Shown: piece by piece, positions 54,061 through 64,000 of the stretch
How the letters are laid out: every line of letters starts with the position of its first letter
Position numbering within the stretch: position 1 is the stretch's first letter
Assembly: GCA_951406725.2 (NCBI GenBank)
Contig: OX597829.1
Coordinates: 26,908,001-26,972,000 of the forward strand
Reading direction: 5' to 3'
Length of the DNA: 64,000 nucleotides
Origin: Octopus vulgaris
Taxonomy: Eukaryota
Program-made: the position numbers and the translations under genes
Notes under the pieces: model-generated
The model's input: the letters and a program-made list of their open reading frames with translations, nothing else
Told to the model about the DNA's origin: nothing
Databases searched by the model: none

Positions 54061-55273
54061 CACAATGGTAAGGCAGACACCACATGGTACTCCAAACATA
54101 CAAGTGCAGGATTATAGCTCAGTGAGGAGAAACAAACCTAGGCTGACTATTCAAACTGAAACTAATTGCTAACTAGCTTAGAATTCTAAGTTCAATTCTA
54201 AGAAATATTAAATATGCTGATAGTAATTTTTATCAACAACAGATGTATGATCAAATACCAAGGTCCAATTTAATCTCATTATTTAAGTCCACACCTTTGG
54301 TAATTTCTAAAATTCAACTTTACTCTTTAGTTACTATTTTTCTGTTGAAATACACTGCATGTGTTTCGATTAATCTTGAAAATAATGAAGAATTTAGAAA
54401 AAACAATTTTGTCATAATTAAGCTGGTGTTTGGAACACACATTGAAATAAAATTTTGAAGGACAAGTTCGATCATTTTAATCCTTTTGTTTCTATGTTTC
54501 TGTTGAAATATAAAATTTTTGTTTCAATTAATTCTGAAAATGAATGTGGTAAAATAATTCATTACTAAGCTTGGAATATCAATGAAGATAAAATTTTAAT
54601 GAAGGCTTTTTATTTAGATCACTTTAAAACTAGGAATTTGTAACACAATTAGGGATAGTTTTGGGTGGGTTGGTACCAAAACAGTTAAAGATCACTAGTC
54701 CAGAAAATATCTCAAAAGAAGCATGTGACTTAAGATACTATAACAAAATATGGATAATAAACCAAAGCACAAATAAATTAGCTTCTGTTTGATTCCAATA
54801 ATCTATTTATTTTTCTTGCAAAATATAATCAAGGAGATTTGTAAAATGCCATTTAGTAAAAATGGTGGAGTAGTGGGTTAAAAAAATAAATTACCATCAT
54901 TATCATCAACATTTAACATCCATTTTTCACACCGGCATCAGTTGGATGGCTTGACAGAAACTAGCAAGGCCAGGGGTCACAGCAGGTTCCACAGTCTATT
55001 TTAATTTGGTTTCTATGGCTGGTATTTCTTACGAGTATTAACTGAAATTTACTCAAGCAACTCCAGTATATTATAAGTAGCTAGTTTGTCATCCCCAAAA
55101 GAATGGAAACTAATGTCATCTTCAGCAAGAATTGAACTCACAATGGTGAGGCAGGCACTACGTGGTACTCCAAACATACAAGTGCAGGATAATGGCTCAG
55201 TGAAGAGAAACAAACCTAGGCTGACTATTCAAACTGAAACTAATTGCTAACTACCTTAGAATTTTAAGTTCAA
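54061..55273 (+). repeat. ~135-bp dispersed direct duplication (54061-54195 and 55139-55273)
   Basis: CACAATGGTrAGGCAG.CAC.AC.TGGTACTCCAAACATACAAGTGCAGG...GCTGACTATTCAAACTGAAACTAATTGCTAACTA.CTTAGAATT.TAAGTTCAA is present twice. Confidence 0.88.
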
Positions 55274-55649
55274 GTATTGTTTTTGTGTGAAGGGAAGTGT
55301 CATTACAATGGGCTAAGTAAAATAGCAATGATTCAAATGCTGGGCATATTAAACTGAAGTATTCAGCTGGTTCCACAGAGTCTCTAGACATCTTAACTAC
55401 TACTAGAACTATTGAGTAATTTTGAATAATTACCAATGTTTCAATGACAAACAAAAGAGGGCAACCTTTTTACACTTTTTTTCCTTTTAGGAGTGGAGTA
55501 ACATGAGATTATATATAATCGAGAAGAAGTGCTTTTACATAGTGCCCAATTCAGGAATAAACCTATGTATCCTACAAGTGTGAGCCCCAAATCCCAACCA
55601 TCAGGCAATGCTCTTTTCCAATCTGTGTGTGTAAATGTGTGTATATATG

Positions 55650-55877
55650 CAGGGTTGGCTAAAGCTCACCTGACAGTAAATCAAAATTCCATAAAGAATA
55701 TTCAAATTTATTTATTCATTCCAGTTATGAATGTTTACAAGAAGGACTTCAGTTTGAACAATTTTCATCATGTTTCATATTTAGATGCTTTTAATAAATT
55801 CATTCAATTGTTAAACATAAATAAATCTTGGAATACATGGTTTTGATTTACTGTCAGGTGACTTTTAGGCAACCCTA
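55650..55877. mobile_element. Tc1/mariner-type MITE with ~37-bp TIRs in TA context
   Basis: CAGGGTTGGCTAAAGCTCACCTGACAGTAAATCAAAA at the left and TTTTGATTTACTGTCAGGTGACTTTTAGGCAACCCTA at the right. Confidence 0.85.
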
Positions 55878-55971
55878 TATATACATATACATATATATAA
55901 AATGGGGTGTGGCAAAAGCCTCCCATATTATATACACACATGTGCGAAGTTTTTTTGTCATAACCTATATA

Positions 55972-56858
55972 TAGGTTGCGGTGAATAAACTATCTTCTAG
56001 ATTTCGCAAAAATGAAAACAACACTGACATCTCAGTTTAACAGATATATTTACTAAAATTACGTAAAAATATCTTGAAATACTAAAGAGTAAATCTATTC
56101 AACAAAATCACCATTGGCTTCAACCACAGCCTCCAAACAACTTTGAAATATCCTGCAACTCTTCTGGACGGTCTCCTTGTTTAAGTTGGTGAATGCTGCC
56201 ATAATTCTTACCTTCAGTTCATCTTTGGTTTTACAAGGGGTTTTGTTGGTCTCTTGCTCAACTGTGCCCCACACATAATAATCAAGTCTGGAGAGTCTGG
56301 TGGTCAGATGTTACGGGTGATGTGGTTGTAGAAATTGTGTGACAGTCATGACTAGGTTCTCCTGCTTATGTGGAATGGTGCAGAGTCCTGTTGCCAGACA
56401 TAGGGTCTTCCAGTAGCCACCCTCTTCACCCAGGGCAGCACTACCTCCACCATACACTTGATTTAGGCCTCTGTGTTGAGTCCGAGGCCATGTGGGAAGG
56501 TGAATAGAGGCATAACATTGCCATCACTAGTGATCACTCCAAACACCATGATATTAATTGGTTGCTTGATTTTTACCATTCTCAGTTCATGTCCTCAGAC
56601 TGAAGCCCAAACGCTCTGAAATGTTTGTATTGGAACTTCCAGTGCAAATGCCAAGCGATACAACATGTCGTTTCCAAATTTCCGGCAGAGTTCACTCTGC
56701 CAGAAATTTGGAAACGACATATTGTATCGCTAATAAGCTGTTTTTCTCACAGATGGTGCCCAACTGACCCTACTATACTGTGTAGTCAACAAAATCATAA
56801 ACAATGCACATGCACAAAATAAAAAATATAAAATGGTGACAATTTACCCATCACACCC

Positions 56859-56860
<2 letters not shown>
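55972..56860 (-). mobile_element. Internally deleted Tc1/mariner-superfamily element (maT/DD37D-like) with transposase remnant
   Basis: Minus frames read MVFGVITSDGNVMP...GLNTEA...VVLPWVKRVATGRPYVWQQDSAPFH...PPDSPD...LEAVVEANGDF. The end CAGGGTGTGATGGGTAAATTGTCACC lies beside a (TA)n tract. Confidence 0.8.
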
Positions 56861-56942
<82 letters not shown>

Positions 56943-57787
56943 AAGACCAAAGTTTTGCATCTGGATTTGGTAGACAGAAACAAAAAGAAACTCTTTTATG
57001 TGTGTATGTATGCATCTGGGTTTACCCTCACCACTGCTTGACAGTCAGTGGTGGTTTATTTACATCAACATAATGTATCAGTTCAGCAAAAGAGACTAAT
57101 AGAATAAGTACTAAACTTTAAAAAATAAACATTGACTACATCCTTCAAGGCAGTACCCAGCATAACCACAGTCCAAAGACTGAAGCAAGTAAGGGATAAA
57201 AGATAAATATCTTTGTTGATTCACCAAATAGCGAGGTAAAGTACATGACAATACATATATGTACAGTAACAATGTTCATAAATAAACTTTTAATCAAACA
57301 GCTCTAAAATCCCAACCCCACTATTTCCGCTGACAATTTGAGCCTGGTGTCTCATAAATCATTGAATATTTGAATATATTTTAAAATATGAAAAAAAGCA
57401 ATTAGGAAACACTTATCTCAATGTTTTAACAAGTCCTTCTGGAGATATTTATACACACAATCCTAACACTCTTCTCTATTTTTATGTCACGTTGCTACAT
57501 CAGACCTAACAAAGATGTAAAAGTGCTTCACATTGATGTTAATGTCAGTTTAGCATTTCTTTACATTGTGAATACATCCATTAAGTTTTTGGTTTTAGTT
57601 TGTAGTGGCAGGACAATGAAGACCCATCTTGATTTCCCAGTCACATGGTTTCGGATTCGGTATCACTGTGCAGCACCTTGAGCAAGTGTCTACTATAACC
57701 CTGGGCCAACCAAAACTTTGTGAATGGATTTGGTAGATGGGAACTGAAAGAAGTTTCCCCCTACCCCTGACACACAATGTGTCTCTT

Positions 57788-57818
<31 letters not shown>

Positions 57819-59285
57819 GTGTGTCCCTGTTATGCATGCTTAGAAAAGAAAACATTAAAAACTGATGATGATGTCTGAATAAGTGATGAGCTTTCCATGT
57901 TTTTTTTTTGTTTTTTGTTTTTTTACAAGAACTGTGTGCCTTGAACTATATTAGCTAGGATTAAGATGTGCTTGATCTAAAATAATAGAATGTGCCGAGT
58001 GTGATTTGGTTACTATTTCTAAAAGATCAAATGACAACAGAGGTCCAGCTTACCAGTTAACTCGAATCTAAGAGGTGTTTCTAATGGGGATTTATTTTCA
58101 AAGGCAATCAGTTTTAAATTCAACAAGGGATGTCAACCCCACCACTAGTCTAGATAAGGTGGCAACATAGAATATCGACATTTGCCCACACATGCATAGG
58201 GAAAGTATCATCGCCATATAATCCTCCTCCTTGATGGAATTTGATGGGGTGGAACTTCTGTGGCTGGGTGCCCTTTCTGTCACCAACCCTTGTCTGTTTC
58301 CAAACAAAGTAATATTTCCCCTTGGCCAGATATACTTTTTACAGAAGACTGAAAACAAGTATCACTTGTATGATGGTGATTCTCATTTACAACCATCACA
58401 TGATGTAAACAGGACACACACACACACACACACACACGTTTCTTTCAGTTTCTGTCTACGAAATCCACTCACAAGTACCGATATGAAAAAGATCTGTAAG
58501 TGGTGTATGCTTGTAATAAAGATTCTTTAAATTCAAGCACATTTGATGGAACCTGATGATGAATGAATACTATATTGTGCATGCATCATTGAGGTTAACC
58601 TTTTTTTGAGTTTGGGCCATGTGTGCTGCAAACCATTAAAAGGGGGATGAAAAACTGAAGCATTTTAGATCTGAATGAGTTAATAGGGTGAGTGGAATAA
58701 AATGAGGTTACATAATCACATTCAAAAACATGTTTCTTTACTCTCGTCAAATTTAGCTTATTAGCCTCTCTAAATAGTTAATCTACTATAATTACAGCAA
58801 TCAACATCATATAGGATATTTTCCATGACTATTATTTTTGTCTCTTACTTTACTAGAATTATTCAGTAGTAATATTCAAAATACTAACAAAAAATTTTTT
58901 TCTTAACTTGCCCTGCCTGCAAAAACAAAAAGGGGCACTGTCTATAGCCTTCATAAGCTCTCCATTCCTCAAAAATTTGCGTAAGTCAACACCTGCAGGA
59001 AAGATAGGACATTGAGCACCTTCTCCCCATCCAATAATTCTATATGCCAGACATATCTGCCAACCTAACTGACAGGATACTGGTGGACACAAGCCACACC
59101 ACCTTTTAAACTGGTGGATACACAGAGACATGCACTTGTCTATGTACACACATACAGATACTGGGTTTCCATCTACCAAATTCTACTACAAAACATCAGT
59201 GTCTGCCTATAGTGCCACACAATGGAATTGAACACACAATATCAGTTGCTCAGAAAATAAAAATTAAGACATACTTTATGATATT

Positions 59286-59640
59286 TCGGCTGAAGCTAAA
59301 GCCCCTTCGGTCATTAATGACCATAGGATTGCATCTAGAAACTTGTCCTCTGAGGCACAAATTTAGGCAAGGTTGTTTATGCCAGACAAGAAATCGCCCA
59401 TGCATACCAGTCTCCCCTCTCCATGCCACCAATGTTATCCAAGGGAAAGGCAAAGGCTAATACAGCTTGGTACCAGTGACGTCGCAACTCGTTTCTACAG
59501 ATGAGTGAACTGGAGCAACGTGAAATGAAGTGTCTTGCTCAAAAACACGACACACAGCCTAATCTGGGTCTGGGAATCAAACTCACTACCTCATGATTGT
59601 GAGCCCAACACTCTAATGATTGACCCATGTACTTTCACTG
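59286..59640 (-). mobile_element. tRNA-derived SINE with RTE-like 3' stem-loop tail
   Basis: Degenerate A/B boxes and a CORE-like block TTGAGCAAGACACTTCATTTCACGTTGCTCCAG. Tail is ATGGTCATTAATGACCGAAGGGG. Confidence 0.8.
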
Positions 59641-59779
59641 AAGCTAGGCCATATAATAACAGTAGTCTGGACAGGAAAACAAACAAAAAGATATACATTA
59701 TGAAATTCCTAAATGAATCATAAAATTATAATTTTAAAAATTGAGATGTTGCAAACGATTATATGAGTTCTTTACTTAC

Positions 59780-61181
59780 CAGTTCCATTAAAAAAGTGTC
59801 TGTAATAGTAAGCACCATAATCCACATATTCAATAATGAAGTCTTTGTGTTTTACAAATGATGGCAATGACTGACCAGATGAGTTCAAAGAGGAGTCTAA
59901 GACTGAGATTCCTGTACAAATAGAATTCCGATAAATAACACCATGTTCTATCTCTTTGTTGGAAGGTAGCTTGTTTCGTTTCTGCGCTGTGACTTTACAT
60001 AAGCTAATGTTACGACATTCCTCACCGCCCAACTCATTTCGAAAAAATGGACAACTCAACACTAAATTATTACTTTTGTTGTCTCCTTCGTCCTGTTCGG
60101 AACACAGTTCAGAGTTATCTTTGTCTCCTGTGTAGCTGTTACGATTAACAGATGCAGCAGATGCCCCGGTTGTAGTATTTTTCCTCTCTGTAGCGTTATT
60201 TCGTTTATCTATCAAATCATAGACATTAATGCCAATGCTTTGACAATCAAAATGAACAAATGCTTTACGCATTATTCTCTCCTCGTTCCGACTATCAAAC
60301 CCATCTGATACATCGGAAGTTTTCATTCCCATATCTGATCCATCAACTTTTGCACCTCGTAACTTTCGGAATATTCCTGACCCAGCTTCTCCAGTGATTG
60401 ACTTTGCACGTACTTTGCGATCTTTGTGCTTAAATTTTGTTTTCAATTTTGGACTTTGAGTGCTTTCAGAATCTTTTTCAGAAGAAAGACATTCTGATTT
60501 CATACCACCGTGGCTGCTTGGAGTCAGCTTTTCAGGCATTGCCTTCCCTCGTAAGACTTCATGAAACTTTGGAGGAGCAGGACTTCTTTGGTCTGCATTC
60601 CTAAGTTTATAATCTCTTACCATATCAAAGAAACCTTCATGGTTTGTTGGAATAGTATCAAGTGAAGATGTACTTCCATATTCTCTGCGAGAAGAAACAA
60701 CAGTTTTAGATACATCTTCATCAGAATATTCTACACAATCCATCTCTAAATTACTATTGCTCCGATACAGACCAGCCCGACTTAACTGCTGAGCCTTGCC
60801 CTCATTTTTCACTTTAGCTGTCTGATTGGAAATTGGTTTCTCAGTAGGTGGTTGGTTCATTTGGTAAGCTGCTCTGTGTCGAGCTAGAAACTTTTCTGTA
60901 CTCGACCGATGCATTTCAAGATATCTCAAACTAGTTCGTTGAAAGTTTTCTCGGGTCTGAAAATAGTCTCTCTCTCCACCCACATCGTCTGTTTCATTAA
61001 GATGTCTACATGCATCATTCTCATCATCACATATGTTATTAGAAACCTTTTCATTCAGAACTGGTTTCTGGCCATAATCAGCAGATTTCTTTGTCCTGGG
61101 AGGAGATGTGTCCAAAGGTATTATATAAGAAGAGCCCCTACCTGCTCTTCGTTTTGATGAAACTGGTTCATCTGACGCCAT
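59780..61181 (-). CDS. SIPA1L: SIPA1L/SPAR-family Rap GTPase-activating protein, large first coding exon (467 codons plus 1 nt)
   Basis: 1.4-kb ORF from ATG 61181 with recalled SIPA1L N-terminal motifs RREYGSTSSLD, F..LRG, FVHFDCQS, NTTTGASAAS, GDNKSNNLVLSCPFFRNELGGE and IEYVDYGAYYYRHFF. The consensus donor G|GTAAGT at 59780/59779 is phase-compatible with the next exon. Confidence 0.95.
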
Positions 61182-61580
61182 GTCATACCATTATTCTTCA
61201 GTCATTTCAAATGAAAGTAATAAACTTATTTTTTTTACTAGTAAATGAATATATTTCTATTATAATTGATATTATTACTACAACTAATGAAATTTTTAAT
61301 TTCCAGGTATCATGAAAAACTTTTAAATATAAATTAACAAGAAAATTGTAATTAGAGCAGTGAATATATTTTCAAAGTCAGAACTTTCTTGCATTGTATC
61401 TAATATTTTTTTTTCTATTACCAGATTAATGGAATAAATAAAACTGATGAAGAACTTTGGGGATTTAGTAATTTTAGTACAAGACTAGTTATATTTGCAG
61501 GAACCATGGTTTCAAAACAACGTCCTCTTCATACATAGATAAGTTGAAAGGTGGTCAAAATGTATAACAGCAGTCAATAC
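61182..61580 (-). other. Probable 5' UTR portion of the first coding exon
   Basis: A strong acceptor ctgattttctttttgtttctttcaacAG ends at 61581, and the stretch down to the ATG is free of recognisable TEs. This implies further non-coding exon(s) upstream. Confidence 0.55.
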
Positions 61581-61994
61581 CTGTTGAAAGAAACAAAAAG
61601 AAAATCAGATGAAGAGCAATATCGGAATAATATTGAAACTTTATCACTAAAAATAAACATGCACACATAGCAACAGTTATAGATGATGAATGTCTCTCCC
61701 CCCTCTCCCTCAGTATATATGCCCTGACACATCACCATCTATCTATCTATCTATCTATCTATATACCTACCTATCTTTTCCAACAGAGCTAGCCATGCAT
61801 CTCTTCTATAGCAAGGGACCCATTTCTGTTCCTCTATCATATTTTAATCTCTCTTGGCATTGGGTTGCGAACTCCTGCCAAATCACCTATCCCATGGCTG
61901 GATACACACACACACACACACACACTACAGAAAAGTCAGAAGATATGATAGGTGAAATAAATATTTATTTAATCACATGGGTCCTTAGGATTAA

Positions 61995-62215
61995 CCCTTT
62001 CGTTACCAACCCGGCCAAAACCGCCTCTGGTTCTGTAGTACAAATGTCTTGTTTTCATAAGTTTTGAATTAAAATCTTCCACCAAACCTTAGTCACAATT
62101 TATGTTCCTAACACTAGCTTAATGGTAACTAAGTTATTTTATTAAATTCTTTGTTATATTTAAAATAATTGAAAGAAACACAGAGCATCTCAAAATAAAT
62201 ACGGTAATGAAAGGG
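61995..62215. mobile_element. piggyBac-type MITE, 221 bp; older relatives near 15160-15380, 29810-30140, 31910-32490, 51550-51860 and 54320-54690
   Basis: TTAA|CCCTTTCGTTACC ... GGTAATGAAAGGG|TTAA: 13-bp TIR with one mismatch and a TTAA duplication. Confidence 0.9.
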
Positions 62216-62876
62216 TTAAGGCTATTTGGCAACCTTCTTCATGTAGTATTAATTTCAGAGTAGAAGAAATTATGCTTAAATGTTTGCATTAGTATGTATG
62301 CTCAGCACTATACAAGAGGATGCTGAAAAGTTCCTGGTTTTAAAAGTATCATGGAAATCCTGGATAGGGGCCCAACTTTCTGAGTTCTTTTACAGGACTT
62401 AGAGAATCTGGGAGAGGAATATGCTGAATAAAATCATAATTGAGTGATCCTCCTGTATTTTCTTTCACACAAAACCAAAACTTTTCAACCCCCACACCCA
62501 CCATACAATACACAAAATCAATGCAAATAAAAAAAAGCTGGTTCACCAGAACATCATGGTTACACTATTGATTCAACTCTAAGTGTATAAATAAATTTTT
62601 CAACTCTAAACCACCTCTCATCCATCCAGTAGAGCAATGATCATACCAGGAGAGAATATCCTCTGTGTATGTGTTTTGTTTTTTTAAGAACAGTGTACCT
62701 TGAACTATATCATCTAGGATTAAGATGGGTTTGATTGGGAAAGGGGGGGTGATTTGGTTACTATTTCTAAGAGATCAAGTGACAACAAAGTCCCAGCTTA
62801 CCTGTTAGATTAAATATAAGATGTTAATATGACAGGCAGATTTTTGAAGGGAATGTTTATCAACTATCTTATATAT

Positions 62877-63260
62877 GGAGTGGCTGAGTGGTAAGTAGCT
62901 TGCTTACCAACCACATGGTTCCGGGTTCAGTCCCACTGCGTGGCACCTTGGGCAAGTGTCTTCTACTATAGCCTTGGGCCGACCAAAGCCTTGTGAGTGG
63001 ATTTGGCAGACAGAAACTGAAGGAAGCCCATCGCATATATGTATACATATATGTGTGTTTGTGTGTCTGTCTGTCCTCCCAACATCGCTTGACAGCCGAT
63101 GCTGGTGTGTTTACGTCCCCATAAATTAGCAGTTCGGCAAAAGAGAACCAATAGAATAAGTACTAGGCTTACAAAGAATAAGTGCTGAGGTCGATTTGCT
63201 CGACTAAAGGCGGTGCTCCAGCATGGCTGCAATCAAATGACTGAAACAAGTAAGAAGAGA
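62877..63260 (+). mobile_element. Full-length tRNA-derived SINE, dominant family, followed by an older inverted copy at about 63335-63690
   Basis: GGAGTGGCTGAGTGGTAAG...GGGTTCAGTCCC (B box)...GGCACCTTGGGCAAGTGTCTT...GACTGAAACAAGTAAGAAGAG. Confidence 0.9.
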
Positions 63261-63262
63261 AA

Positions 63263-63302
<40 letters not shown>

Positions 63303-64000
63303 GTGTGTGTGTGTGTGTGTATGTGTATAAATCTTATCTTGTTTCAATCAACTGGCTGTGGCCATGGTGAGGCATTGCCTTGAATGCTTTTTAGTCAAAC
63401 TAATTGACCCCAGGACTTCTTTTATTTAAAAAAAAATTAAAACCTGGTACTTATTCTATTGGTTGCTTTTGCCAAACTGCAAACTACAGGGATGTAAACA
63501 TACCAACACCAATTGTCAAGCAGTTGACAAACACAGACACAAAGACACACACACTTACATATATATCTACACACACACACATACACAAACTTCTATCAGT
63601 TTCCAGCTACCAAATCCACTCATAAGGTTTTGGTTGGTCTGAGGGAGATACTTTCCCAAGGTGCCACGCAGTGAGAAGCAAGCTTCTTATCAGTCACCCC
63701 TATCTATCTATGCGTTTATATATATATATTTAGTCTAATGATGGTTTAGCCAGTTGAAACTTTAAAGTCACCATTAATAACTATTCTTGTTAAAGAATAA
63801 ATGTGCTCTACAAAAAGTACTGAGTAACCCTTCAGTTTAATGTTAAATTTTTCTTATTATAACATAAAAAATGCACATGTGCATGTGTGTGTGCATGTGC
63901 ACATGTGTGTGAACTTGTGCGCATGCACACATTCAGCTTCCAAGCTGGAATGGGTTGGACAGTGACATGATTTGGTGAGTAGAAGGACTGTGTTGAGCTC

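Larger units (their letters stand above)
9851..59779 (-). other. Giant phase-1 GT-AG intron (49,929 bp) of the SIPA1L-like gene
   Basis: Donor G|GTAAGT at 59780/59779 and acceptor AG at 9852-9851 join ...RHFFNGT G+AT HQNYF... in frame, so no intervening coding exon is required. Confidence 0.85.

Noticed and set aside
1327-63625. The many other 60-190-aa ORFs in the track
   Set aside because: They derive from SINEs, microsatellites (YIYI, THTH, CVCV) or antisense frames, and lack homology or splice support.

Overview
This is AT-rich, microsatellite-dense eukaryotic DNA. The SINE/MITE repertoire looks like that of an Octopus-type coleoid cephalopod; this is an inference from recalled repeat families, not a database result. 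The window is dominated by the 5' part of one minus-strand gene encoding a SIPA1L/SPAR-family Rap GTPase-activating protein. Its three coding exons (59780-61181, 9705-9850, 346-534) join in frame through GT-AG introns of about 49.9 kb and 9.2 kb, and the gene continues beyond base 1. The introns hold many transposons: tRNA-derived SINEs (CORE-like, Meta-domain and RTE-tailed families), TTAA-flanked piggyBac-type MITEs, 3' fragments of CR1, RTE, Tx1 and Dong/R4-like LINEs, a Penelope-like GIY-YIG fragment, mariner and maT-like remnants, a non-autonomous Helitron and a solo LTR. There is also a 4.5-kb 14-bp minisatellite that explains the three spurious ~1500-aa ORFs. The most interesting observations are: minimal hammerhead ribozyme motifs in the host sense orientation, a Penelope 3' end carrying a tRNA-like Pol III head next to a hammerhead, a probable ~1.2-kb inversion with 166-bp inverted breakpoint duplications, SINE tails matching LINE tails in the same window, and a candidate in-frame alternative first exon in the giant intron. 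I found no convincing new multi-gene system.
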